DNA from: Felis catus
Lineage: Eukaryota
DNA length: 63,814 bases
Assembly (NCBI RefSeq): GCF_018350175.1
Contig: NC_058368.1
Coordinates: 49,290,001 to 49,353,814 of the forward strand
Direction of reading: 5' to 3'
This document shows, piece after piece, positions 36,198-49,818 of the stretch (position 1 is its first letter; every line of letters begins with the position of its first letter). The notes under the pieces were generated by a model. It was not told the origin of the DNA. It worked only from the letters and a program-made list of their open reading frames with translations, and did not search any database. The position numbers and the translations under genes were made by a program.

Positions 36198-37207
36198 CAA
36201 TGATTTCAAAAGTAAGGTGTATACACCCTGGGGGTAGTAAGAAGAAGATATTAGAGCATGAATCTACATAAACTTTTATGTATAACCAAGAAGCAAAAGT
36301 TTACTAATAGTTACTATGCACAAATGACCATGGTACTCATCCTGGGTCTACGAGGGAAAAATGAGAGCTCTCCAACATGAAAGGTTTCCTAGTAGCACCT
36401 CCATGCTAGCCCTTCTTTTAGAGGTCTGCACGACACCGCAGTTTCTTTGTCCCCAGTTTGGTAGATACACAGATTAGATTATTTAGGTTGAGCCGAATTA
36501 GCCTTCACAAAGTAGACAAGTGGCTAGGAAGACTTCTGCTGACAGCAAGGACTGAAGCAACACTAATGCATGCATGCACAGGCAAACGCCAAGAAAATGG
36601 ACAGAAAACTTGACACTTTTTCTATTACAAATCCTAGCTCTTTATCAGCCACACATGAAGAAATAAACAATAGTGATAATCCTAACATATTCAACACATT
36701 ACTCTCCCTGAAATCTAACATTGAAAGAGTCCTTGAGTATGAGATTTTTGCACACTAACAAATAAAATATGATCAACTAATGATTGATGATTAATTCAAC
36801 CTTTTGCCATCTTAAGTGTATGTATGTACTATAAAAATTACGATACTTATTGGGCCCATATATGTGCTAATTTTGGTTCTAAGTACTTTGCCTATGTTAA
36901 GTCATTTAATCCTCACAACAACCTGTAAAGTAGATCCTATTATTCTCTCCAGTGAATCAATATGTAAACCAAGGCACTGAAAGATAATGTGATTACCAAG
37001 GTCATATACTCATTAGATGGAGGAACTTAGGCCATCTGAACCCAGAGACCACAATCTTAAGCACTATCCACCTCATCAATGTTTCGCCTATATTACAACA
37101 GTACGTGCAACTGATGTATAAATATGTAAATATACATACAGTATGCTGTGTCTGTCTCTCATTCTTTTACTAATAGCAGTGTTACGTCCAAAAAATTAAG
37201 TCTCCTG
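36198..37207 (+). mobile_element. Charlie7-like hAT DNA transposon with an embedded MIR-like segment (~36835-37075)
   Basis: caatgatttcaaaagtaaggtgtatacaccctgggggta...tcacaaagtagacaagtggcta...gctctttatcagccac matches the remembered Charlie7 5' region; the MIR shows atttaatcctcacaacaacctg. Confidence 0.6.
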
Positions 37208-37809
37208 TTTTGGACCGTAGAGAAGAGACTCCTGGCAGAGAATTCTGGGAAGATGACAACACAAATAAAGCTTGCTGCTCTTCCACTCCAAAAGTTAATC
37301 TGTCTTTTCTAAGACAAATGCTGTGGGGGCAAAGAAAAAATGGATGCAAGCAAGACCTTGTAGGAGAGAGGTGGTGTGGAGCTTTCTCCTTCGTGCGCTA
37401 GTGAGAGGCTGGAGACTAGAATCAAAAAGCTGTGGGGTGATAATGTGGCTCAGGTCTAGGAAAGATGTTGGGCTTTACAGTTCTGTAGACTATTTGAGAA
37501 AGAGCTGGCACCAATCTTATAGGATCTGACTAGACTCCCTGGGCCCCACGAAACCAAGAAGTTACACAATGAGGAAATTAGTCCTCTCCATCCAGAGGCT
37601 GGGAAAGGATAAAATAATCCTGGGAAACCAAGTATCCTCTGAGTACCTTTGTGGATACAGGAACCCTGCCTACTTCTCCACCTAGCCATCCAACCCTTGC
37701 CTGAGCCACTCTAACTCCCAGACCAGATATCCAGTGAAAGGGAAACTCACATCCCACCTAAGGAGTCCTGTCAGCCAAAAATAGACAACCCACTTGACTG
37801 CTGGAGAGC

Positions 37810-38326
37810 TGAATACATTTTCTTTTACTGTATAGCAAATTATCATAAAATTAGCAGCTTAAAACACTAATTTATTATCTCACTGGAATCTGGGCACAGC
37901 TTGGCTGGGTTCTCTCCTCAGGGCCGTAACAGGCTGAAATCGAGCTGTTAGCCAGAGAGATTCATTCTCATCTGAATCTCAGGCTCCCTTACCAAGCTCA
38001 CCTGGGTTGTCTACAGAATTCAGTTCCTTGTATGACTTAGGTCCTCATTTTCTTTCTTCTTCTGAGAGTCACTCTTGGCTCTTAGAGCTGCCTAGTCTTC
38101 TCTTAACATGGTAACTTACTTCTTTAAGGCCAGAAGGAGAATAATGTAAGATAATCATGGACGTCACTATCACATCACCCTTCTCATATAAATTAACTTA
38201 ATTAAGAGGGTAATTATCCCATCATGTTTATGGATTCCACCCACACTCAAGGCAAGGGAATTATACTAGGTATATACACCAGAAGGACAGAATCTTGGAG
38301 GCTGTCTTAGATTTTGCCTACCTCAA
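37810..38326 (-). mobile_element. MaLR LTR (MLT1E-like)
   Basis: caaattatcataaaattagcagcttaaaacac...ggaatctgggcacagcttggctgggttctct...gaatcttggaggctgtcttagattttgcctacc. Confidence 0.8.
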
Positions 38327-38407
38327 GGAGAAAGAGAGTAAATTAGTAATAATAACACTAAGGATTTTCTGTGGCATTAAAAACAAACAAACAAAAAAAC
38401 AAAAACA

Positions 38408-38625
38408 GGGCACCTAGGTGGCTCAGTCGGTTGAGCATCTGACTTCGGCTCAGGTCATGATCTCACAGCTCCTGAGTTCGAGCCCCGTGTCGGGCTCTGT
38501 GCCGACAGCTTGGAGCCTGGAGCCTGCTTCGGATTCTGTGTCTCCCTCTCTCTTTGCCCCTAACCCACTCGCATCCTGTCTCTGTCTCTCTCAAAAATAA
38601 ATAAACATTAAAAAAAAAACTTTTA
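38408..38625 (+). mobile_element. Felid Can-SINE
   Basis: Full head/body/tail. Confidence 0.95.
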
Positions 38626-39506
38626 AAGACAAAACATAATTTCTCTACTATGAAATTTTGTAGATTAAGTATACCCACAACTAAGCCTAGATATAGAGCC
38701 TAAAAGAAAAAGTGGAAGAAATATCTGAAAATGTGTAAGTGATAAAATCTTAGAAAATTTAAAAGACTTGAGGAAAGCATCCAAGAATCCTGAAATATGG
38801 CTACTATAGTCCTAGAGATAAATAAAGTAACTTATAAATAAAGGAGAGGCAATGAATAAGTAAGAAAAAAAATCTACACTGAAAACAGACCCAATCTGTA
38901 GGTATCAAATCCTGATATATGGTAAAAATCAAAACCAGAATAAAATCTATGAAATTAATGAATTAAGAGAAAAACCTACAATATTAGATACAGAAGTCAA
39001 CTACAAAGAAAAAAAGTATTATGGTATCACTTATGCCACTCTAAAAGATAGTGTGGAATCACTAAGAAAAAAGAACTTAACAATCCTATACTCAGCCAAA
39101 ATAGTCATCATCAGAATCTAAGTAGATACTTGAGAATGTACAAGAAGTCTGAGAGGGTCTGACCACCATTAGAAATCCTAGAGAAATACCTGACTATGTA
39201 CTTAACCTAACAGAAATGAAGTAGAAACAAAACTTCACAAGAGGGAAAAATAAATAAGAGCTACAACAGTGGTGAGCGATGAACTTTATATTTATATAGA
39301 TAATCTAAACAAATGATAATAGACCACTCAGAAATGTATGATGCAAGCTCTTGAAACAAAATAACTTATTTAGGAAAAGATTGTGATGTTAAAAGGTAAC
39401 ATTTAAAAGACAGTAGACATAAACCCATATGGAACATAGCACATAGCAATAAATATAAATATAAAAAGTTTGCATATCACATGAGACATTTATGAAAGTC
39501 AATATG

Positions 39507-39727
39507 GGGGCGCCTGGGTGGCGCAGTCGGTTAAGCGTCTGACTTCAGCCAGGTCACGATCTCGCGGTCCGTGAGTTCGAGCCCCGCGTCGGGCTCTGGG
39601 CTGATGGCTCAGAGCCTGGAGCCTGTTTCCAATTCTGTGTCTCCCTCTCTCTGCCCCTCCCCCGTTCATGCTCTGTCTCTCTCTGTCCCAAAAAATAAAT
39701 AAACGTTCAAAAAAAAAAAAAAAAAAA
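39507..39727 (+). mobile_element. Young felid Can-SINE (same subtype as the copy at 10231)
   Basis: Perfect 13-bp TSD gaaagtcaatatg (39494-39506, 39728-39740); long pure A tail. Confidence 0.97.
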
Positions 39728-39767
39728 GAAAGTCAATATGAACTTGTCCATAAAGAAAATTTTAACA

Positions 39768-39793
39768 ATTTTATTTTTTTTATGTTTATTTTT

Positions 39794-39824
<31 letters not shown>

Positions 39825-39994
39825 AATGAGTGGGGGAGGGGCAGAGAGACAGGGAGACAGAATCCAAAGCAGGCTTCAGGGTCTGAGCTGTCAGCACAGA
39901 GCCCGAAGCGGGGCTCCAGCTCACAAACCTAGCCAAGAGATCATGCCCCAAGCCAAAGTCAGACGCTTAACCAATCAAGCCACCTAGGCACCGC
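39768..39994 (-). mobile_element. Felid Can-SINE
   Basis: Poly-T, (GA)n, gagacagaatccaaagcaggc...agccacctaggcacc; ttaacaa on both flanks. Confidence 0.95.
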
Positions 39995-40839
39995 TTAACA
40001 ACTCTAAAAGGCAGAGGTCACACTTTCTGATTTTAATCCCTGAAACATGGGAATAGCAAAAATGTGGCAAGAAAATTACTTGAAAACCAAATAGATTCCT
40101 AGCTGATGCTTAGAGCAAAAAAGAACTCACAGAGAAATTAAAAACTACCTAGAAAAAATTAAAAAGTGACTACTTGATACCAAAAACTATGAAAGACAAC
40201 CAAAGCTGTTCTCAAAATTATTGGCCTTTAATAATAAAAAGAGTTGGAAGAAAGGATAAATAATAAAAAGAAAGTTAAGAAAAGGGAAAGAAAAAGAAAA
40301 AAGAAGAAACTTTATTACACATCATACAAAGTTAGAGAAAAAGCAGTTCTTAGGATTACTCACTTTGGGTCTTTTTTAGAAGCTTATTCGGAGCAGGTAC
40401 AATGGGTCAGAACCCTGGTTGTGTATATAACAAAATTTGCTTTATTGAAAAAAATAATCCCAATACGTAACAAATCTAACCTTAAAAGATTCAATTCTCA
40501 GTAGCAACTGGTTAATTCAAAAATGAATAAGGATACCTGTTTAATTACCAAATTAGAATGTAAATTTGAAAATTATTAAGCTATGATAAGAGCAATAACA
40601 ATACATCCAGAGAACTATCTAGTATTTTCTGATGGATCTACAAGAATCATTTGTTTAAAGCTCTCTCGGTAGTCAAGATGCAGTCTTTGTTTTCAGGGCA
40701 CCAAATACGACCTGGGAAATTCCGGGCCAGAAGTGCTTCAGGATGCCAAGTTAAAGCTTACAAATATCCCCAAGGAGCCAGACCTAGACAAAACTGTTCC
40801 ATTTTTCAGACGAAAAATTTTTTTCTGAAAGAAAACCCT

Positions 40840-41032
40840 GGGTGCCCGAGTGGCTCAGTCAGTTGAGGGTCCAACCCTCGATTTCTGCTCAGGTCATGAT
40901 CCTAATGTGGTGGGATTGAGCTCCACTCCATGTCCCACTCAGCATGGAGTCTGCTTAAGATTCTTTGTCTTTCCCTCTGCCCCTCTCCCCTGCTCACTCT
41001 CTCTCTAAAATTGAAAAAAATAATAAAAAAGA
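40840..41032 (+). mobile_element. Can-SINE
   Basis: 12-bp TSD aaagaaaaccct (40828-40839, 41033-41044). Confidence 0.95.
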
Positions 41033-43136
41033 AAAGAAAACCCTATTCCTAGGGGCGCATACATAAAAACCCAAGACCGTGTCAAAAGAGTCATCATGGG
41101 ATGAGCAACTGTGTGCACACAGAAGCATCTAGCTCCCTGCAACCGTCTAAAAATATCATAAAATGGCCAACATAGATAAAAAGTGGGAAATCTCCAACAG
41201 CACAGAAAACCAAAGTTAGATGCTACACACACCTAAACCTTAGACATTCCAAACAACACTACAAACCACACTGCGTGATAAATCATAGACTGAGAATTAG
41301 CTGTATAATGAGTACACATAAATGGAGGAAAAATACAAGTCTCATAGTTACCAAGGCATAAGAATTAATTTCACACACACATACAAACATATACACAGAG
41401 AAATAAAATAGCTAACAAAAATTCAAACTCAGCACAATTCATTAACTGTATTAATTTGCTTCTCAAATTAGTTAAAAAATAATTAATATTTAGCACATTA
41501 AAATAATACATTACAAATAATTATTAATATTTAGTACCAAGGAGGTATACTGACATAGACATACTCACAAACTTCTGGTGAAACTGCCTATTGGAATGAC
41601 ATTTTTGGAAAAGAATTATGCAAACTGTGTCCAGAAACCAGAAAGTGTTTATATTCTTTGACCGTAATTATTTTTCTAGAATTCTATCTTAATGAAACCT
41701 TTTCACTATACCCTTAGGATAGGAAAAATAGTCAAAAGAATATAAATGTGTAACAACAGATGATTAAGTATATTTATGGGTTATCCATATTATGCAATCA
41801 TTAAAATATGCTTGTTATAGAATATTAACAAAACTTGCCATCTAAAACTCATATCTCCTGTTAAAACACAATGTAAAAGTAAGAAAAATGCTGGGAAAAA
41901 ATGCAACAAAATATTAACAATGAATATGGTAGGGAAAAATAAAAGTTTGTTTTAAAGATTGTTCTACTTGGAAGGAATAATGTTGGCAGGATTTGCTGAG
42001 GGAGCTGAATTTCCCATTTTTAGTTTGGCTCCCTGAGTTTTGTGATCTTTATCACAAGTCATTGGTCCTTATTCTACAAAACTGTTCCTTGTTTTAGATT
42101 TAGTATCTTTAAATTAAATTATTCCTTTCTAATATCATATTATATTAATTGAGTCCCAAGTAAAGTCTCAGCTATGCCTATCATAACACTGTATTCCTGT
42201 ATTAAAAGTTTCATTTTGCTTTGGTAACGACTTTAATGCACAGGTACATGGAACCAGAAGTATTACTCTCTGTTTTTATCCATCTGAAAATTATGGGCAT
42301 TTTTTTTCCTGCTATGGCCCTTCCTCATGTGGCTTTTATTTTTGTCTTCTACCTACAATCTTGTATAGCAATTTTATTAGTTTTTCTTTCTACCCCTAAA
42401 AATTCAGATTAAAACCAAGTGATAAAAATTTATCGTTCTTCTTCCAAACATGCTTTCCATGTTTTTCAGTAAGTATATGCTAAACCCCTTCCAGAAACTA
42501 TTTATTTAATTCATTACCATCTATATGCCCTGCTGTTTACTTTTCATGGTTTTATTTTCTTTCAGTGTCATAACACCAACTGGAAGAATTGAAACTGTCA
42601 CCGGTACTCCCCTCACACCCCATACCCAGCCAATCCTGGAGTTTTCTTTCATAACATTGAATGTCTAGAGCTGTATCTGAGATTTTTACCTTGAGATAAT
42701 GAATTCCCACTTGCTTTAATGGAAAGGAGTGGTCTTCAGTAAATGTAAGAGATTGACCAAGACTCTATCACATTGTTTTGAAATCCAAGTCCAAGAATGC
42801 AGGCACCACAGTAACCCTGCACAAAGCTACCACCTAACACCTCTGTGACCTCTTGGACCGATGTGATGTCATCATCAACCCCCATGACCCTGTAGAATTG
42901 AGAGGACCTCTTCTGCCTGCAGTCCCTGGGCCTTCCTGCCTGAACTCTCCTCCGGATGGGTAGTGATAAGTCCTCTTCAAGAAGATCTAAGTTGCCATTG
43001 ATGAAAAAAATCCCCTACCTCTTTAAAATGTCCCATGTATTTTCTTTTCTGAATCTTCCACATGTTTGTCTTTTACAACAGACTTACTACCCCACTCAAA
43101 ATTCTATTACATAAGGATTCCTTCCATCCAAACACT

Positions 43137-43323
43137 CTTTAGTAAGCTGATTTTTGCCTATGGGTATAAGAATCACTTGGAAAAATTTTTTAAATGCATG
43201 CAGGTTCCTGGGCCCACCCCTGGAAATTCTGGAAAGTCTAGGCTGGGTACAGGGAACTCTCATTTCTAACATCGCACTTGATGCTAATAGAGATACTTAT
43301 CCAACTACAATCGAGAAAGATTG
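43137..43323. mobile_element. MER5A-like hAT MITE
   Basis: agaatcacttgga...tttaaatgcatgcaggttcctgggcccacccc...catttctaaca. Confidence 0.7.
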
Positions 43324-43859
43324 CTTTTACCATTATAAGAACCTAGAACATCATTCCTCAAGCTTCTTCTCCTAGAATAGGTTCTAGTTCTCGAAAACAG
43401 TCTGCTCCCAAGGGTTCTTGATGATTGTCATGTTAAACCTACTTATTTCTATCCATTTGATGGCTGCTGAGTATTAACCTACAGAATGTTTAAATACTTT
43501 TTTGTAGGAAGATACATGCTTACTGCTCAACAAAGTACTTCCTACAGCCATAAGTTGTCCTTCCTTAGAGCAGCAGTCAGCACCCTAAATAGTATTGACT
43601 CACCTTTCCCATTTATTCCTGGGCTCCTCCTATACCCACGCACTTGGGTCACACACATCATTTATTGCATTCTTAATGGATAAGCAGCTTTCAATAACTA
43701 CATTTTCATGGTCAATTACGACATACAACTAGTAGTTATTTCTGATTCCCTAAATAAATTTAAATCATGAAACCTCCATTTTAATTTAATTTTAATGTCT
43801 TCTCATGTCATGCACATAGCTAGCCTCTCTTTCTCTTGCCCCTTTTCATGCTTCTGTAG

Positions 43860-44248
43860 TTTTTCCTACTTGTTCCTTTAATTATCAAATTGGCACAAAC
43901 TTCTGGTGCATTTACAAACTCTTTCCATGTCAGCCCCACAGCTATACAAAGCTTGTAACAGAGTTTACTGTTAAGAGTAAAATGATGTTTGCTAACATTT
44001 AGGACCTTTTCAAGCATGATGTAGGTTTCCATTATGTAATCAAGGCAGAACAGTACAATAAGTTGTAGTATTTTTTATTCTCTTCAAACATCTCACTTGA
44101 AACAATTGGTCTTTACCAATTAAGGTAAATTCTATTTTCACTTATAGGGCAGTGTTTACATATTAGAAACCTTAATTTAGAAAACAGCTGTTTTGTTTTT
44201 TTTTTCATTCTCCAGTTAAGGTGACTGACAGTTTGCAAAGACAGAATG
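43860..44248 (+). pseudogene. Two candidate pseudo-exons (43860-43976, 44216-44248)
   Basis: Strong polypyrimidine acceptors; stop-free phase-1 splice FPTCSFNYQIGTNFWCIYKLFPCQPHSYTKLVTEFTVKIKVTDSLQRQN. Confidence 0.35.
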
Positions 44249-44684
44249 GTTAGGAAAAGAATGATAAATACACCTAGCCCTTCATAGAGACCATGAATAC
44301 ACAGCCATTTCTCACAAATGCACATTAAGTGCAGCTGAACATTCTTTTTGAAATATGCATACTATCAGCTTGCCAATATCATCTTTTAAGCTAATGTACT
44401 CAGACATTTCTTGGGAGAAAAATGACTTCTGTGATGAATTTTAAACCAAGTAACAAAAATATGTTATAGTTTCAAAGTGTATGACATTGCATTTAAATGT
44501 ATCCCCACTTACAAATATTATAAATACTTACTGACTATAAATATGATGAACATAAAACAAGTGGGAAGTATTTTCCCTTGAAATACAACTCAAATCAGGT
44601 TATCTCAGTATTTTCAACCATCTCTTAAAGCATGGGAACTATTTCTGAAACTGCCTTGAGAACATGAGTAAACTGATGTCCTAT

Positions 44685-45018
44685 GAGCAGAGGCTAAGAA
44701 ATCCCTGCAATTCAATAGTCTCGATTTAAATCCCCCTTCACATCACAGAGTAAGTTATTTAGTCTACTTGAACCTCTGCTTCTGGGCCTGGACAATGAAG
44801 GTTATCAGAGTTCCTGTCTCACAGGGTTGCTGGAAAAATTAGATGCAAAAATAAATGCAGCGTATTCTGTATTTTTGTATGTATATACTTATGTATTTTA
44901 TGTATGTATATTTGTGCATTTTATACATATGTATAAATGTGGAAAATTAATATAAAGAAAAAGTTTAAGAATATACTTGCCCATAGTGAAAGTTCACTAA
45001 ATGTACATTATTATTACT
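44685..45018 (+). mobile_element. MIR with a TA-rich insert
   Basis: taagttatttagtctacttgaacctctgcttc...tcacagggttgctggaaaaattagatg...catagtgaaagttcactaaatg. Confidence 0.65.
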
Positions 45019-45768
45019 ACACACAGTTTTGGGGCACTAAAATATCTCAAAGTGATTAAGTTAAGTGTCTCTTTTATTATTAAACTGATTTCTTGCAAAA
45101 CTGGTATTTCCCAATGATATTCCATAAAGTCTCAGATAATAAGTAAGTAAGATGATTTTATGGCAAAGCACTTTCAAAAAAGTACTCTACAAATGTCAGG
45201 CATTATAATTGTTGATGACAATGGTGATATTGATGATGATTACACTTTCCTTAAATCTTAATGTCATCCAGATGGTGCCATTTTTTCAGCCTTCAGGAGT
45301 CACTCTTCCTTTTTATACAAGTAACAATATGTTAAGTCACAGTTGCCCCCACTACTGAGGACTGCATGCAGTGACACCATTAGACTCTCTGGGTTGCTTC
45401 TTCTTCAGTATGCACACAGCCTGCCTGAGGACGCCCAAAGCACAGCTAAGACTAAGTGGAAACCACAGGCAAATGCAGGATAATTGTAATGCAGGAAAAG
45501 AAAAGAAAACTAGTTCTTCCACAGGTAGTCACTTATTCTCTTTAGCCCTTTAAATAGTTCTTAGCACTTTACCTGCCAACATATTATAGAAATCACTTAC
45601 CTCTTCCCAAATGAAATTCTTTTATACCGTGTCCTTCCTTTTGAAAATCTATGTATATGTTCCTGATTATAGAAAGAACAGTAGCATTCCCCTGCCCACC
45701 TCAGTCTAAAATCTCAGTCCAAGACCTGCTTCCTGCCTGCCCAAGTGGTAGTCAGGGTGGAGGCATTT

Positions 45769-45787
45769 GGTGGGGGGGGGGGGGGGG
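45769..45787. repeat. Poly-G tract
   Basis: Long G run. Confidence 0.9.
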
Positions 45788-46116
45788 AAACTATCTTAAT
45801 AGCCAAGGCTGTATTTTCCAAAGTTTGGAAAGCATCACATCAAAGTCACAACCAGGTCTTTACAATATTTTTCTTTAAGGAGGAGATTATGTTTGCATAT
45901 CTTTTGAGTCCTCTTATCATCAGGAAACAAATAGGTAAAGGAAATAAGGAATGAGAGAATGAGAGAGAAAGACCCATCTGTCAATGACAGACATTTAATT
46001 TTCAGAGAGAGTCTAGCCAAAAGCCATGTTTAGGAGAAAATACATTTGGCTCTTCTAGAGGGCATACTCTTAATAAGTATATGCTCAATTTAACATTTCA
46101 GTCCATGGCACCTGTA

Positions 46117-46277
46117 TTTTTTAAATTGAGATATATTAACATTACATTAGTTTCAGGTGTACAGCAAAGCAATTCTACATATGCATATACTGTGAAATGA
46201 TCACCACAAATCTAGCTGGTAGTTAACATCCACCACCATATATAGATACAATTTTTTTTTTGCTTGTGATGAGAACT
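46117..46277 (-). mobile_element. L1 3' end fragment (L1MA-like)
   Basis: ttgagatata...tagtttcaggtgtacagc...tgaaatgatcaccacaa...gttaacatccaccacc...tgtgatgagaact. Confidence 0.85.
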
Positions 46278-47977
46278 ACTTCTCCAATTCTGGGTCTCCC
46301 AAGTAGCATAAAGTAAAATACCTGCTTCATGTCTAGTTTGTTAAAACTGCTCACAAAACTGGTGTCTCCCATAACAAAAGAGGTTTAATCCCCAGCGTAA
46401 ATTTGCTCATCTGCACTGAAATTTAGAAACCATTTACCATCCCTCAAGTGGCATTTTCCCCAACTTCAATTGTTTTAAGATCTGGACACCCAACCTTGTC
46501 AGTATGAATATGGATATATTTAAGTAAATATAAAGTACAAAAATAAATTCTAAGAACAGTTATTTGGTAAAGGATACGTGAAGCATATATGTTCAATTTG
46601 TGAGATTTTTCTAATAGTTTATGAATTCTAAGAAATACCAGATTATTGATCTAATATTTGCAGCTGAGGAACAGCAATTCCAAATAACTCTTTTTCATAA
46701 CTCAAAATAGAACCAAGTCAAATAATGAGTTAGAGGTTGATTCCATGTTAGCTTGTCAGGACAAGAGTATATTTGTTCTTCTGATGCTTGGTGGAAAAAA
46801 AATACTATCTGTTATTAGACAGCTCAGTCCACTTATTAAATATAAAAATATTTAGAATTAGTTTTATAATAATTTTAAAATATAAAAATAAAGACTAAGA
46901 GGCAAAAAGAAAATCATTCCAAAAACTAGTTACACCTAGATATCATCACAATATACATAATACTACAGAGCACAAAGACTAGAGTCCGAAAGATACTTAG
47001 ATGCCAGTTTAACTTACGATCTGAAGTGAGGGTCCTATGGTCCTATGAGAATCTTACCTCCATTGGGAAACTTGATGTGTAGAAGGCTTTTCTTAGATGT
47101 GGCTTGGAGAGTGAGGAGCTAGTCAAGAAGACACTGAAGGCCCAGCATGGCCCTTCTGGTATCTATAGGGGGTCAAATAAAAGTATCATTTTAAAAACTC
47201 AGAATGAGCGATGGAAACTTATTCTTCTTTGATGAATTATTGATAAAAGTTCAAAGGAAGGTGATGAAGCTGTCATCAACTTACTACCTTGGTTGCATAA
47301 TCAAAAGAAACAGCTTTAGTCCAAAGGGGGTTAATTACATTACTAACTAAAGCATTACCAGAAGTGTTTGAACTTCTAGAATCTTAATTTTATTTGCAAT
47401 TATATAAGCAAACATTTTCCAAAACTACAGCTTTTCTTAAAGCATGATTCACTTTCCCTCTTGCACTGAAAAATAACTAAAAAGGATTCTTTTTTCCTCG
47501 AGACCATTTTCTTTTCTCTGAAGGCATATTTACCACTTATAAATCATCAGATTTACAAGAATGATAAAAAAGATGACTTATCGAACAGTTATGCAATTCA
47601 ACAAATCAATTGTTGTAATTGTCTTAATCTTTTTTCAATGAAAAATTGATTTCACTCAAGTAATTTCCCAATTCTGTCAAATTGTCAAATTTGTAAGTAT
47701 GAAATAGATCTGCATGATTTTGATACTAAACTTGCTGTATTTAATGAACTTCTACACGGTCCTGAAAATTCTGGTATTTGGAAAACTATTCTTTTCATGG
47801 AATTTTTTTACATTAAGACATACCCATGAACGTGCATTACTGTTGCTAAAAATTTAATAAATTTTCCTCTGTTATGCAAATAGTTCTTATTTCAATCTTT
47901 TGCTTTTCATCATGGCTATCTTATGTACCCACTCACTTAGAAGTCAGGATTTTTTTTTTCTATTCTTAAATCTCAAG

Positions 47978-48473
47978 CTATTATAGTAAAAAAAGAAGAG
48001 ACCATAACTTTTACAAAGACTTATATGCTGGTCACCTATAAACATAGCCAGCCCTTTGGGAGTACAAATGTATTCACGAATGGTGATACCCAAAGATTCT
48101 GTGGATTGTGTTTCAAGGTTCAAGCAATGGTTCACTTTCCTTTAGGTCAATTGGCACATAGCCTTACTATCTCTTGAGGAGAATATCCTGGCTTGTGTTG
48201 ATTGCCTTTTTAACTATGTAGAAAGTAATGCTTTTTTTATGGATGACAAGCTACAAATCCCTTCAATTATTACTTTATTTATATCATTCTTTCCTGTGTA
48301 GTTGCCATTACTAATCTTCTCACCAATATTTGCTGTTACACAATTCCAACAAGAGTTAGGCTTCTGCCATTTGATGAAATATATATTGGCTTCAATTTAC
48401 TAAGTTTTTTTTTTCTTTCAGCTAAAAAATAATTGCTGTTAATGTTTTAGATGTTGCTTTTGTATAGGATCTT
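47978..48473 (+). pseudogene. Cluster of candidate pseudo-exons (47978-~48145, 48302-48354, 48422-48473)
   Basis: Three polypyrimidine-AG acceptors; long open frame IIVKKEETITFTKTYMLVTYKHSQPFGSTNVFTNGDTQRFCGLCFK; last segment KIIAVNVLDVAFV*DL|gtaaga. Confidence 0.3.
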
Positions 48474-49059
48474 GTAAGAGTTCATGTTTCTAGTCATAAG
48501 TGATGGCTCTCAATGAGAATATATATATGCATTGACATGGTACTTCCATAAATGTGCATGATGCTTTAGAGGCTCTCTTCCCTTCAAACAGACTCAGAGT
48601 GAGCAGTCCAAGACTGATACATAGAAAATACTCAGGAAAACATTAAAAACAAACACAAAAGGAATGAGAAAAACATATTTAGCACCTATGTGCTCCACAT
48701 TAATTATCTTGCCTAATATTTATTTCATACGGTTATAGGAAGATCATCTATGAAATAATTAAAAAAGAACACTTAATAAATTTCCCAAGGTCTCATCTTG
48801 ACTTCTGATTCCTACTCTATGACATCTTAGTTGTAAACACGCTCCATGAAAATAAGAATCAGTATGTGTTTTCTCTCATTAAGCATTATAATAACACTTC
48901 ATTAGATGCTCCATTCTGAGGGAGGCTACTTTCAAGGCTGCTGGTATTTTCACATCAGTGTGGAAAGGGAGGGAGCAGTGTCATCTGCTGTATGTTTTAG
49001 AGCCCTGGTCACCACATGATATTTATGAGAGCCTGTCCATTTGCAAATGCTTCTGAAAA

Positions 49060-49690
49060 GGAAGAATGAGGACTTCAACAATTATCATTTAATAGCATTG
49101 CAATAGATGAATCAGTAGAAACACTTATGACAAAGTAAAATAGTTGTATCAGCAGAACCCTAGAAATGATTGGATATGGAGACTGAATGAGCGACAAAAG
49201 TCAAGGATGACTCCTATGTTTCTAGCATCCATGGATGAGGGGATTTTCATGTCCTTCATTTAGAGAGAATACAGTTGAGAAATAGATTTTAGTTGAAATT
49301 ACTAGGTCATTTTTAGAACATGTACAATTCAAAATTCCTGTAAGATGCATAAGTGAGATTTCCAGGAACCAGCTGGATTTATGGGTCTTGAGTTCAGGGC
49401 AGAATTTAGGGCTAAAAATGTAACATGTAAGTGGTAATTGAAACCATGAATGTGGTTTAAGTAACCTTATGAGTAGGAATAGTAAAAGGAACACAGTGCC
49501 AATGGAGACAACTTCGAGAATGTGGATATTTCAAGAATGGACAGAAAAACATGAGCCCATAAAGGAAACTAAGAAGTCCAGAAAAATAGGATGAGATCCA
49601 GGAGAAAATAATGTCACAAAACCTAAGGAGGTATTTCTGGCTGAAAGCAGAGAATGGTCAACAATGACAAGTAAAATAAAGATAAAAAGG
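49060..49690 (-). mobile_element. L2 LINE fragment
   Basis: tgattggatatggag...agtcaaggatgactcctatgtttctagc...cagctggatttatgggtcttgagttcagggcaga. Confidence 0.75.
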
Positions 49691-49699
49691 GTCTATGTA

Positions 49700-49818
49700 G
49701 CAGTGCAGGGGTGGCTCAGTTGCTTAAGCATCTAAGTCTTGATCTCAGCTCAATTCTTGATCTCAGGGGTCGTGAGTTCAAGCCCCACATCTGTAGCATA
49801 CTTTAAAAAAAAAAAAAA
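49700..49818 (+). mobile_element. Short Can-SINE lacking the CT-rich body
   Basis: gtggctcagttgcttaagcatc...gagttcaagccccacat then directly an A tail; TSD-like aaaag(g)gtctatgt on both flanks. Confidence 0.85.

Larger units (their letters stand above)
38690..41930 (+). mobile_element. Patchy ancient L1 (L1M) remnants
   Basis: A-rich with L1-like phrases (gataccaaaaactatgaaagacaaccaaagctgttctca; atattctttgacc...ttctagaattctatct); heavily fragmented. Confidence 0.4.

Noticed and set aside
24274-45787. Two poly-G tracts (24274, 45769) as functional G-quadruplexes
   Set aside because: Simple homopolymers with no promoter context; lengths are unreliable in assemblies.
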